This document shows, in pieces, positions 1 through 11,750 of a stretch of 64,000 nt of DNA; within the stretch, counting starts at the first letter, position 1; each line of letters begins with the position of its first letter. The notes below the pieces were generated by a model. That model was not told the origin of the DNA and made no database searches. It saw only the letters and a list, made by a program, of their open reading frames with translations. The translations under genes were made by a program, and so were the position numbers. Origin of the DNA: Eledone cirrhosa (taxonomy: Eukaryota); assembly GCA_964016885.1 (NCBI GenBank), contig OZ024742.1:65906001-65970000 (forward strand), in the 5' to 3' direction.

Positions 1-677
1 TGACCCTGACCATCAGGGCAAGTGCCCTCTCCCAGTTTTCCACCTTCAATTTATAGGCACATACTCAGAGTAGGCCCATTCACACGGGCCATTCTTGCGT
101 CTCTCACCCATCTTTCAACAAAATGCTGGGAAGAGAGCACCTCCCTCTCTACCCCGATTGTCCTTTTTAAATGAAATTTGAAAAAGTTAATCAGGGCATC
201 ACCGAAGAGGAAAGTGCTCGTCTTCAGCCCTTTCAAACGCGTCCACCATACTATCTCTTTCACCATGGTCACCAGACAGATAAAAATTGCCTGCCCTTCC
301 CGGCTAAAGGGAGAGGGCAGAGCAATCCTCACGATGGACTCAGCTGATAGCCAGATCCGTTCTACACGTGACAGCAGGTGTTCGACATAAACCCATAAGT
401 CAGCAATGCTCGAACACTGGACGAGTGCGTGCAGGACGGTTTCGTCGCCCTGCGCGAATCTCGGACATGCCCGGCTGACGGCACCTTCATGCCTGTAGAG
501 TTTAACCCGAACTGGTAAAGATCCTCGGTAGCACTGCCAGGCCAGGGATTTCTGGAAGTTGTCCATAGGCCCGGCCCGAAAGTTCTTCCGAAGCTAGTTG
601 ATTTTCGTCGTTGATTTTCGTTGATTTTCGTCGACGCCTAGATTTTCCCCAAGTACGTCATCGCTCTTCCCCTCCAC
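1..677 (-). mobile_element. 5'-truncated Tx1/L1-like non-LTR retrotransposon, ORF2 C-terminus (zf-RVT and CCHC); 3' end runs off the window
   Basis: ORF 51-566 has LAWQCYRGSLPV...CPRFAQGDETVLHALVQC; closely similar to 2279-2940; truncation abuts (AAT)n at 678. Confidence 0.9.

Positions 678-741
<64 letters not shown>
678..741. repeat. (AAT)n microsatellite spacer / target site
   Basis: About 21 perfect AAT units. Confidence 0.98.
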
Positions 742-743
<2 letters not shown>

Positions 744-1616
744 GGAGCCAATGCTCAGAACTGTACTGAAGGAGGGGACAATAGGCCAGGGGATGTCCAA
801 GGAGGAAATAACATCAAGGAGAAAGAGCAGCCTTCAGGAAAAATCCCTTCTTTGAGAAAACTGAATTTAGAGATCCACAGACATGGAACTGGTTGAAAAG
901 AGGAGACCTTAAAAAGGCTACAGAAGGAATGTTAATGGCTGCGCAGGAGCAGGCCCTCAAAACGAAGAGGTTGAAACACCACATTTACAAGGAGGAGGCT
1001 AGCCCACTGTGCAGGATCTGTGGAGAGAGAGAGGAGACTGTGGCTCACATTGTATCCGAGTGTAAACACCTAGCCCAGACTCACTATAAGGGCTGGAGAC
1101 ATGATGTGATGGGCAGGGTGATCCACTGGCACCTATGCAAAGTAAACAATTTACCACATTCTGAAAACGATCAGGTGAAGATGCTGTGGGATTTTAGGAT
1201 ACAGACGGACAAGAAACTGGAACACAATAGACCTGACCTGGTGGTTTTGGACAAAGAAAAAAGATCGTGCCTGATTGTGGATGTGGCCTGCCCATTCGAC
1301 ACGAGAGTGCAAGAGAAGGAGAGGGAGAAAATTAACCGATACCAGGACTTAAAGTGGGAGGTAAAAAGGATTTGGAACTGCCATGAAGTCAAAGGTGATC
1401 CCGATTGTCATAGGCGCACTAGGGACTATCTCAAAAAGTTTCCAGGGATGGTTAAAGAAAATTGGCCCCTTCACGCTTTTTGGAACGCTTCAAAAGGCAT
1501 ACTTGCTGGGAACAGCAAGAACCCTCCGATACGTCCTGAATATCTGAGGCTGCAGGTAGTGGCTTGATATTCATTTCAACAAACTTTCCAGTTAACTAAC
1601 ATCAATAACTGAGACT
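742..1616 (+). mobile_element. R4/Dong-type (RLE-class) retrotransposon 3' fragment, CCHC plus PD-(D/E)xK endonuclease
   Basis: EGMLMAAQEQAL, CRICGEREETVAHIVSEC, RHD, LWDFRIQTD...NRPDLVV...IVDVACPFD...KEREKINRYQDL; frameshift near 1393; followed by poly(A) and (AAT)n. Confidence 0.88.
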
Positions 1617-1636
1617 AAAAAAAAAAAAAAAAAAAA

Positions 1637-1669
<33 letters not shown>

Positions 1670-2026
1670 GGTCCTCCCTGATTGTAGATGTAGCCTGCCC
1701 ATTTGACACGAGAGTGCAAGAAAAGGAGAGGGAGAAAATTAACCGACACCAGGACTTAAAGTTTGTGGTAAAAAGGATTTGGAACTGCCATGAAGTCAAA
1801 GTGGTCCCGATTGTCATAGGCGCACTAGGTACTATCTCAAAGAGTTTCCAAGTATGGTTAAAGAAAATTGGCCCCGCCCCGCTTTTTGGAACACTTCAAA
1901 AGGCATGTTTGCTGGGAACAGCAAGAACCCTCCGATACGTCCTGAATATCTGAGGCTGCAGGTAGTGGCTTGATATTCATTTCAACAAACTTTCCAGTTA
2001 ACTAACATCAATGACTGAGACTCAAA
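1670..2026 (+). mobile_element. Second, shorter R4/Dong-type 3' fragment
   Basis: Near copy of about 1263-1616 (VVPIVIGALG...LQKACLLGTARTLRYVL), same 3'UTR, tail (AAC)n(AAT)n. Confidence 0.88.
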
Positions 2027-2036
2027 GAACAACAAC

Positions 2037-2080
<44 letters not shown>

Positions 2081-2328
2081 TTTCTTTATTAACCACAAGT
2101 GTTTACATAAAGTAGACATTAAGGACAGTGCAGGACAATACAGGACGGTACGAATGGGCATTTCTGCGTGTAAAAAACAAAAACAGAGGATGTAACAAAA
2201 AATAACAATGAAAAATTCCCCAATAGGGGGGAGACTTCGGAGGGACATTTGCGGAGAAAGACCAGTAAAAGGCCACAATGACCCTGCCCACCAAGGCAAG
2301 TGCCCTCTCCCAGTTTCCCACCTTTAAT

Positions 2329-3523
2329 TTACAGATATATACTCAGAGTAGGCCCATTCACTCGGGCCATTCTTGCTTCTCTCACCCATCTTTCAACAAA
2401 ATGCTGGGAAGAGAGCACTTCCCTCTCTACTCTGATTTTCCTTTTCAAATGAAATTTGAAAAAGTCAATCAGAGCATCACCGAAGAGGTAAGTGCTCGTC
2501 TTCAGCCCTTTCAAACGTGTCCACCATACTATCTCTTTCGCCATGGCCACCAGACAGATAAAAACTGCCTGCCCTTCCCGGCTAAAGGAGGAGGGCGGGG
2601 CAATCCTCACGATGGACTCAGATGATAGCCGGATCTGTCCTACACGCGACAGCAGGTGTTCAACATAAACCCACAAGTCAGCAATTTTCGGACACTGGAC
2701 GAGTGCGTGCAGGACGGTTTCGTCGCCCTGTGCGCATCTCGGACATGCCCGGCTGACGGCACCTTCATGCCTGTAGAGTTTACCCGAACTGGCAAGGCTC
2801 CTCGGTAGCACTGCCAGGCCAGAGATTTCTGGAAGTTGTCCATAGGCCTTGGCCCGTAAGTTCTTCCGAAGAGATTGGCTAGTTGATTTTCGTCGACGCC
2901 TAGAGTTTCCCCAAGTACGTCGTCGCTCTTCCCCTCCACTAATCCTCTATAGAACGCCGAGCTGGAGTTTCCACCGATCACATTGCCCGATTGGTCGAGG
3001 GCTGTGAGCGCCTGAAGACATTCCAGTCTCCAGGGGCTCCCTCTCGGTCTTCGCTTGACCCAAGACTGCAGCTCCGTCCAGGAGACGAGCTGGGGAAATA
3101 CGTGTCTAGCAAACGGCGACCACACCTGATCACCGTCGAGGAAGAGGTGGAGATGTCGTAGCCTGAGCGCGTGCCTGCGCATCATCAGCCACGGCATGCC
3201 CAGCCCTCCACGTAGCGGGTGTTTACAACAGATGGACCGCCTGACCATCGGAGCGCGTCCCTTCCACAAAAAGCGAAAGAGCAAACGCTCCAGAGCAGTC
3301 AGGCGAGACTTAGGACAAGGTACGACGGTCAGGCGGTAGCAGATGACAGACGCGATGTACACGTTAGCCACCTCCGCTCGACCTTTCAGGGATAGCTTCC
3401 TCTCCGCCCATTTCTGGGTGAGAGAAGCCACTCTACTCGTCACCTCGTCCCAGTTTTTATCCGTCTGGAGGTCCGGACCGAACCAGACCCCTAGCAATTT
3501 AACCGGTCCGTCCGTCCAGCGTC
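2329..3523 (-). pseudogene. ORF2 post-RT region of copy A, with frameshift near 2780
   Basis: PVKLLGVWFG, W..RKLSLKGRAEVAN, GGLGMP, CPRCAQGDETVLHALVQC. Confidence 0.85.
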
Positions 3524-4627
3524 CTCCGCCACTCGAGCCCATTGAACGGCTTTCGTCTCCTCGTGTCTGAGAGCACGCACCCTTGCTCTGACAACGCAGC
3601 CTTCGTGCTTTGCATTGAAGAATTGGTCAAGGGCCAATTTTGCCGCAAGCACGTCGGTCGCAATGCCTTTGCTAAGCGCCTCGTCTAATTTTCTAACTAG
3701 TTCTCCCTCTGCTCTATTTTTCTCTATTGCTAAAGCCTTACTAAACTTAATCGATTCTATTCTAATCGCTCTTTTCAGAGCAAACCACCACTTGTTGTTG
3801 ACGATGTTCCCCGTCAACGCTCGCTTAACTAGTTCGCTAATCCGGTCTCTGTAGGCCTTGCGTGCTGGTAAGGACGCGCTTAGCTTCCAGTAGCCGGGTC
3901 CTCGTCTATGAAGCCTATCTAAGTCAAGCACACAGATCACGAATTTGTGGTCCGTGTAGCTGACTATTTTGAATTGTGGACAGCCTATGCTAGACCTATC
4001 TATTTCCCTACAAAATACTCTATCTAGATATGATCTGGATGACCCTATGCGATTTGTCCAAGTCCACATTGGCACATTCGGGAAATCCAATCGGTACCTG
4101 TCAGACAGTTCAAAACGCCTGAGCAGGTTGGTGAGGCTCTTGCACCCTCCACCCCTATCCGCTAATCCCACACAGTCCCAGCGTGCATCTAAGATCCCGT
4201 TCCAGTCGCCCACTAACACTAAAGAGCGGGACGTTCCAAGAAAGGTCTCCAGACGCCGGAAGAAATTAGGCCGCCCTGCTCCTGTCGGGGCATAGACGGC
4301 CACTAGCCTGAAAGCTTGCCCGTCTCCGCTGGTCACGTCCAGCACCACCAACTTTCCCTCTGGGTCCAGGAAGATTGCCCGTATGGCGAGATCCAAACCT
4401 CTCCGAAAAAGCACAGCAAATCCTACCTCCGATCCAGGACGGCTGGGAGATGCGTACACATCGTAGCCGCCGAAGATCGGTGCGAAGGCCCGTGCTTCGG
4501 AGATTCTGGTCTCGCTGATGGCCACTACATCTATGTTTAGTGACCTGAGGTCGTTGAGCAGGTGACCCTGCTTCCATGACGATCCCAAGCCACGCGCATT
4601 TATGCTGGCTATTCTGAGTGAGGTCAT
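3491..4627 (-). CDS. APE-type endonuclease plus linker of ORF2, intact 378 aa, ending just after the RT deletion
   Basis: ASINARGL, ISET, VYAP, VGDWN, TW, SYLDR, TDH, PGYWKL motifs. Confidence 0.85.
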   Translation of the reverse strand: MTSLRIASINARGLGSSWKQGHLLNDLRSLNIDVVAISETRISEARAFAPIFGGYDVYASPSRPGSEVGFAVLFRRGLDLAIRAIFLDPEGKLVVLDVTSGDGQAFRLVAVYAPTGAGRPNFFRRLETFLGTSRSLVLVGDWNGILDARWDCVGLADRGGGCKSLTNLLRRFELSDRYRLDFPNVPMWTWTNRIGSSRSYLDRVFCREIDRSSIGCPQFKIVSYTDHKFVICVLDLDRLHRRGPGYWKLSASLPARKAYRDRISELVKRALTGNIVNNKWWFALKRAIRIESIKFSKALAIEKNRAEGELVRKLDEALSKGIATDVLAAKLALDQFFNAKHEGCVVRARVRALRHEETKAVQWARVAEDAGRTDRLNC

Positions 4628-4662
4628 GTTTAAAATAGAGTGGAAAAGATGGGAAAGACCAC

Positions 4663-6310
4663 TTACCGTACTTTTCGTAGAGGAGGGATGGTTTTTCCAT
4701 CCCTTTTCACTTGATCGTCTGCTGAAGGGACCGTTGAATCGTCCCTTCGGCTGGACGTCAGCTCTTCTATGAGTATGTCCGAATATACTCTTCGGTTGAT
4801 AGTTCCTCCTAGGTCTCTGAAATCACCAACTGCGTTGGGGAATTTCGTTTTAATGTTTGTGTATTGTTTCTGTGCTATTTTTAGCAGTCTTATGTTAGTT
4901 GGCGTTTTGATTGGTGCTGGTATTATGTAGACCTGTTGTGAAATGTCTGTGTGTTCAATTATGTAAGTCATTAGTTTCTTGTTGTGTGTATTTATTGCCG
5001 TGCATTTGTTTTTCTGGGGGTGGGGTGTGGTTCTGCTATTTTCTTGTCGTTGTTGCTGGGTGTGTGTGTTTTGTTGTTGTGTTTGCGATGTTGGTGCTTG
5101 TGGTGGTGGTGTTGAAGGTGTTGTTGGCGGTGGGGTTGTCTCCGGTGGTGATGGTGGTGCTAGTGTGGGTGGTGATGGTGTTGGTGGTGTTGCTGCTGTG
5201 AGTCTCTTTGCAGTAGACTTTACCCTTTTTTCATTTCTTTCCTCCCTTTTCAAAGGCGACGATGCGCTGCTTCTGCGTTTGTGCCTTCTTACGACCTTTT
5301 GCCATCCCTCTCCCACCTCACACTCCATGTCTGATTCTGAGAGGTCGGGGAGGGGTACCAGCTCTACTCTTTCACTTGTTGTTGTTGGACGTGGGTCAGT
5401 TTGACCCTCACAATTTTTTGCCCGCAGTAGGAGGGCACCAATACCATTTCCTCGCTCCTAAGGATTGAGCCTTTGCCTCCTGGGGTGTGGCAAAATGTAC
5501 GTCTACGGTGGTATATTTCGTGCCTCGGGTGATGTGCGTTTTCCGCTGCCACACAGACCCCAAGGCTTTTTGTATTTGAGCCTCTGTGGCTCTTTCAACC
5601 CTACGGGATTTTGTACTAACTGTACGGTACGTGACCGTACAGTGCTGTTGGGTTTCGAAACATTTTTCCGCTGCCTTGCAGATTGCTCGGTGTCCAGTTT
5701 TTGTCACCATCTTCTTCGCTTCCTCTAATTCCTCATTTGTTATGAGGATTTGTTTCCAGGTTCTTCGCGATACCTGCAAACGAGATTGGTTTTTCTTTGC
5801 TGCTGTTGTTGTTGTTGTTGTCGTCAGAGCTGCTGTTACTTTTGTTGTTGCTGCAGGTACTACGACTACTGCCACCGCCGCTGTTGCTGTAGTTGTTGTT
5901 GTTGTTGCTGCTGCTAATGCTGTTGTTGTTTATGCTGCTGCTGATGCTGTTGCGGCTGCTACTGTTGTTTTCATTGTCACTGTTGCTGTTGTTATTACGG
6001 CTGCTACTGCTATTATTCCTGACGTCAGACGAATGAAATGGGTTTTCGTATTTCCTGCACACATGTTTCGTCGTTGTCGTCGTCGTCGTGGAGAAATCTT
6101 GCACGCTTTGCACGAGACTTTTCTTTTCTGTCGTCGCTTGCGAAATAGAAGGGGGGGGAGAGACACATTTAAAGAAGGGAGGGAGAGAGACAATCTTCTC
6201 TCTGCTGTAGTGACGATTGAGGAAGAAGAAGACGGAATGAGTGGGAGTGACCTATGAAAATTCTTTTTCGTAACCATGTTGTTTTTTTGTTTAAAATAAA
6301 TATTGGGCAC
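4663..6310 (-). pseudogene. ORF1 of copy A, frameshifted, with N/S/T- and P/T/Q-rich low-complexity segments
   Basis: Upstream of ORF2; segments SFAGIAK, TVDVHFAT, LVPSYCGQKIVRVKL, GWQKVVRR lie in different frames. Confidence 0.65.
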
Positions 6311-6772
6311 AACACCCCAAGAAGCAGCTATTTAACCTCGAAGGGCCAAATAACAGGCAGAAAGACCCCTCTCACGAGGAGGAGGGTGTTTTTGTCTACA
6401 AGTTGGTTAAAGTTTTAAACAATTTACAATTGTTATAGCGGTCAAAATTTACAATACCTTACAGAGCCGAGCCTCCGTCAACCATAGCATTCAATAATAA
6501 TAATAATAATAATGATTTCATTTATTGGCCACAAGGGCCGACATATAGGGGACAACACAATAGACAGGGACAGTGGGGGTTTACATAGAGATCGAGTAAG
6601 TATAAATAACAAAAAAACAAAAACAAAATAACAATAAAAATACAACAATGAAAGTTCCCCAATAAGAGGGATCACCACCCAGGGTTGACTCAAGCACCCC
6701 ACCAGTCCTGAGCCACCCGACGCTCCTAGGGCACCCGGGAAGGGCACCCCTCTCCTTCTCGAATTCACCAGC

Positions 6773-7990
6773 CTACAGGCGCATGATCAGAGTAGGCCCA
6801 CTCACGCGGGCCATTCTCGCCACATTCACCCACCTTTCAGTAAATGTACTGGGGGGCAGCACTTCTCTCTCCACCCTCACCTTCCTTTCCAAGTGAAACT
6901 TGAAGAAGTTGATGAGGGATTGGCCGAAGAGAAAAGTGTCTGTCTTCAGTCCTTTCAACCTGGTCCACCATGCAACCTCTTTCGCTACTGCCACCAGGCA
7001 GAGGAAAATTGCCTGCCCTTCCTGACCAAAAGAAGGCGGCGGGTCAATCTTCACTATGGACTCGGACGATAGCCGGATCCGTTCTACACGCGACAATAGC
7101 TGTTCGACATAACCCCACAAGTCAGCAATGCACGGACACTGGACGAGTGCGTGCAGAACGGTTTCGTCGCTCTGCGCGCATCTCGGGCAGGTTCGTCTGA
7201 CAGCACTTCCGTGCCTGTAGAGTTTATCCCGAACCGGCAGCGCCCCCCGGTAGCACTGCCAAGCGAGGGATTTCTGGAAGTTATCCATCGTCCCCGGCTC
7301 GAAAGTCCTCCGGAACATACTGGTCAGTTCTACTTCGTTGACGCCCAGAACCTCTCCTAGTACGTCATCGCACTTGCCCTCCACTAATCCTCTATAGAAA
7401 TCTTGAGTGGAAGTTCCACTGACCGCATTGCCCACCTTGCAGAGTGCAGTGAGCGCCTGGCAACATTCCAGATGCCAGTCGCCCAGTCTCGGTCTCTTCT
7501 TGACCCAGGACTGCAGCTCAGTCAAAGAGATGAGCTGCGGAAAGGCCCGTCTAACAAACGGCGACCACACCTGTTCACCGTTTAGGCAAAATATCTGGAG
7601 ATGTCGCAGCCTCAGCGCATGTCTGCGCATCATTAGCCACGGCATGCCCAGCCCTCCACGAAGAGGGTGCTGGCAGCAGATGGACCGCCTCACCAACGGG
7701 ACCCGTCCCCTCCACAAAAATTTGAAAAGGAGCCGTTCCAAATTGGCGAGGCGTGGACGGGGGCAAGGCACGACGGTCAGGCGGTAGTAGATGACGGACG
7801 CGATGTACACGTTAGCCACCTCCGCTCGACCTTTCAGGGATAGCTTCCTCTCCGCCCATTTCTGGGTGAGAGAAGCCACTCTACTCGTCACCTCGTCCCA
7901 GTTTTTATCCGTCTGGAGGTCCGGACCGAACCAGACCCCTAGCAATTTAACCGGTCCGTCCGTCCAGCGTCCTCCGCCACTCGAGCCCAT
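6773..7990 (-). CDS. ORF2 post-RT region of copy B, open 405 aa (thumb, zf-RVT, CCHC)
   Basis: Uninterrupted ORF, CPRCAQSDETVLHALVQC; its ATG lies just upstream of the deletion junction. Confidence 0.7.
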   Translation of the reverse strand: MGSSGGGRWTDGPVKLLGVWFGPDLQTDKNWDEVTSRVASLTQKWAERKLSLKGRAEVANVYIASVIYYRLTVVPCPRPRLANLERLLFKFLWRGRVPLVRRSICCQHPLRGGLGMPWLMMRRHALRLRHLQIFCLNGEQVWSPFVRRAFPQLISLTELQSWVKKRPRLGDWHLECCQALTALCKVGNAVSGTSTQDFYRGLVEGKCDDVLGEVLGVNEVELTSMFRRTFEPGTMDNFQKSLAWQCYRGALPVRDKLYRHGSAVRRTCPRCAQSDETVLHALVQCPCIADLWGYVEQLLSRVERIRLSSESIVKIDPPPSFGQEGQAIFLCLVAVAKEVAWWTRLKGLKTDTFLFGQSLINFFKFHLERKVRVEREVLPPSTFTERWVNVARMARVSGPTLIMRL

Positions 7991-9075
7991 TGAACGGCTT
8001 TCGTCTCCTCGTGTCTGAGAGCACGCACCCTTGCTCTGACAACGCAGCCTTCGTGCTTTGCATTGAAGAATTGGTCAAGGGCCAATTTTGCCGCAAGCAC
8101 GTCGGTCGCAATGCCTTTGCTAAGCGCCTCGTCTAATTTTCTAACTAGTTCTCCCTCTGCTCTATTTTTCTCTATTGCTAAAGCCTTACTAAACTTAATC
8201 GATTCTATTCTAATCGCTCTTTTCAGAGCAAACCACCACTTGTTGTTGACGATGTTCCCCGTCAACGCTCGCTTAACTAGTTCGCTAATCCGGTCTCTGT
8301 AGGCCTTGCGTGCTGGTAAGGACGCGCTTAGCTTCCAGTAGCCGGGTCCTCGTCTATGAAGCCTATCTAAGTCAAGCACACAGATCACGAATTTGTGGTC
8401 CGTGTAGCTGACTATTTTGAATTGTGGACAGCCTATGCTAGACCTATCTATTTCCCTACAAAATACTCTATCTAGATATGATCTGGATGACCCTATGCGA
8501 TTTGTCCAAGTCCACATTGGCACATTCGGGAAATCCAATCGGTACCTGTCAGACAGTTCAAAACGCCTGAGCAGGTTGGTGAGGCTCTTGCACCCTCCAC
8601 CCCTATCCGCTAATCCCACACAGTCCCAGCGTGCATCTAAGATCCCGTTCCAGTCGCCCACTAACACTAAAGAGCGGGACGTTCCAAGAAAGGTCTCCAG
8701 ACGCCGGAAGAAATTAGGCCGCCCTGCTCCTGTCGGGGCATAGACGGCCACTAGCCTGAAAGCTTGCCCGTCTCCGCTGGTCACGTCCAGCACCACCAAC
8801 TTTCCCTCTGGGTCCAGGAAGATTGCCCGTATGGCGAGATCCAAACCTCTCCGAAAAAGCACAGCAAATCCTACCTCCGATCCAGGACGGCTGGGAGATG
8901 CGTACACATCGTAGCCGCCGAAGATCGGTGCGAAGGCCCGTGCTTCGGAGATTCTGGTCTCGCTGATGGCCACTACATCTATGTTTAGTGACCTGAGGTC
9001 GTTGAGCAGGTGACCCTGCTTCCATGACGATCCCAAGCCACGCGCATTTATGCTGGCTATTCTGAGTGAGGTCAT
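7939..9075 (-). CDS. APE-type endonuclease of copy B
   Basis: Same 378 aa translation as 3491-4627. Confidence 0.85.
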   Translation of the reverse strand: MTSLRIASINARGLGSSWKQGHLLNDLRSLNIDVVAISETRISEARAFAPIFGGYDVYASPSRPGSEVGFAVLFRRGLDLAIRAIFLDPEGKLVVLDVTSGDGQAFRLVAVYAPTGAGRPNFFRRLETFLGTSRSLVLVGDWNGILDARWDCVGLADRGGGCKSLTNLLRRFELSDRYRLDFPNVPMWTWTNRIGSSRSYLDRVFCREIDRSSIGCPQFKIVSYTDHKFVICVLDLDRLHRRGPGYWKLSASLPARKAYRDRISELVKRALTGNIVNNKWWFALKRAIRIESIKFSKALAIEKNRAEGELVRKLDEALSKGIATDVLAAKLALDQFFNAKHEGCVVRARVRALRHEETKAVQWARVAEDAGRTDRLNC

Positions 9076-9110
9076 GTTTAAAATAGAGTGGAAAAGATGG
9101 GAAAGACCAC

Positions 9111-10759
9111 TTACCGTACTTTTCGTAGAGGAGGGATGGTTTTTCCATCCCTTTTCACTTGATCGTCTGCTGAAGGGACCGTTGAATCGTCCCTTCGGCT
9201 GGACGTCAGCTCTTCTATGAGTATGTCCGAATATACTCTTCGGTTGATAGTTCCTCCTAGGTCTCTGAAATCACCAACTGCGTTGGGGAATTTCGTTTTA
9301 ATGTTTGTGTATTGTTTCTGTGCTATTTTTAGCAGTCTTATGTTAGTTGGCGTTTTGATTGGTGCTGGTATTATGTAGACCTGTTGTGAAATGTCTGTGT
9401 GTTCAATTATGTAAGTCATTAGTTTCTTGTTGTGTGTATTTATTGCCGTGCATTTGTTTTTCTGGGGGTGGGGTGTGGTTCTGCTATTTTCTTGTCGTTG
9501 TTGCTGGGTGTGTGTGTTTTGTTGTTGTGTTTGCGATGTTGGTGCTTGTGGTGGTGGTGTTGAAGGTGTTGTTGGCGGTGGGGTTGTCTCCGGTGGTGAT
9601 GGTGGTGCTAGTGTGGGTGGTGATGGTGTTGGTGGTGTTGCTGCTGTGAGTCTCTTTGCAGTAGACTTTACCCTTTTTTCATTTCTTTCCTCCCTTTTCA
9701 AAGGCGACGATGCGCTGCTTCTGCGTTTGTGCCTTCTTACGACCTTTTGCCATCCCTCTCCCACCTCACACTCCATGTCTGATTCTGAGAGGTCGGGGAG
9801 GGGTACCAGCTCTACTCTTTCACTTGTTGTTGTTGGACGTGGGTCAGTTTGACCCTCACAATTTTTTGCCCGCAGTAGGAGGGCACCAATACCATTTCCT
9901 CGCTCCTAAGGATTGAGCCTTTGCCTCCTGGGGTGTGGCAAAATGTACGTCTACGGTGGTATATTTCGTGCCTCGGGTGATGTGCGTTTTCCGCTGCCAC
10001 ACAGACCCCAAGGCTTTTTGTATTTGAGCCTCTGTGGCTCTTTCAACCCTACGGGATTTTGTACTAACTGTACGGTACGTGACCGTACAGTGCTGTTGGG
10101 TTTCGAAACATTTTTCCGCTGCCTTGCAGATTGCTCGGTGTCCAGTTTTTGTCACCATCTTCTTCGCTTCCTCTAATTCCTCATTTGTTATGAGGATTTG
10201 TTTCCAGGTTCTTCGCGATACCTGCAAACGAGATTGGTTTTTCTTTGCTGCTGTTGTTGTTGTTGTTGTCGTCAGAGCTGCTGTTACTTTTGTTGTTGCT
10301 GCAGGTACTACGACTACTGCCACCGCCGCTGTTGCTGTAGTTGTTGTTGTTGTTGCTGCTGCTAATGCTGTTGTTGTTTATGCTGCTGCTGATGCTGTTG
10401 CGGCTGCTACTGTTGTTTTCATTGTCACTGTTGCTGTTGTTATTACGGCTGCTACTGCTATTATTCCTGACGTCAGACGAATGAAATGGGTTTTCGTATT
10501 TCCTGCACACATGTTTCGTCGTTGTCGTCGTCGTCGTGGAGAAATCTTGCACGCTTTGCACGAGACTTTTCTTTTCTGTCGTCGCTTGCGAAATAGAAGG
10601 GGGGGAGAGAGACACATTTAAAGAAGGGAGGGAGAGAGACAATCTTCTCTCTGCTGTAGTGACGATTGAGGAAGAAGAAGACGGAATGAGTGGGAGTGAC
10701 CTATGAAAATTCTTTTTCGTAACCATGTTGTTTTTTTGTTTAAAATAAATATTGGGCAC
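9111..10759 (-). pseudogene. ORF1 of copy B, frameshifted
   Basis: Same as copy A except a net 1-bp change in the G/AG run near 10600. Confidence 0.65.
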
Positions 10760-11167
10760 AACACCCCAAGAAGCAGCTATTTAACCTCGAAGGGCCAAAT
10801 AACAGGCAGAAAGACCCCTCTCACGAGGAGGAGGGTGTTTTTGTCTACAAGTTGGTTAAAGTTTTAAACAATTTACAATTGTTATAGCGGTCAAAATTTA
10901 CAATACCTTACAGAGCCGAGCCTCCGTCAACCATAGCATTCAATAATAATAATAATAATAATAATAGAGATAATTGTAACGATGGCAATGGTGATGTCAA
11001 TGCTGGTGATGATTATGATTTCCAACCTACCTTTTCCTGTACCCTTTTACCTTTCCTCATTATCATCATCGTCGTTTACGTCAAATTAAATACCAACATT
11101 ACCGAATAGCACCATGCTCATCATTTACATTGCCCCCATTCTTTTTCATTTCATTGATTGGGTGGCG

Positions 11168-11750
<583 letters not shown>

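Larger units (their letters stand above)
2079..6492 (-). mobile_element. Tx1/L1-like element copy A, full span but RT-deleted (non-autonomous)
   Basis: 5'UTR, frameshifted ORF1, APE ORF 4627-3491, post-RT region 3523-2329, AATAAA then (ATT)n tail; (AAT)n on both sides. Confidence 0.9.
6514..10941 (-). mobile_element. Tx1/L1-like element copy B, same RT deletion, different 3' subfamily
   Basis: About 7797-10941 is essentially identical to 3349-6492; 6514-7796 diverged with a different 3'UTR; flanked by (AAT)n 6493-6513 and 10942-10965. Confidence 0.9.

Noticed and set aside
4911-6257. Plus-strand Val/Ala-rich ORFs, also 9359-10621
   Set aside because: Antisense shadows of the low-complexity Tx1 ORF1
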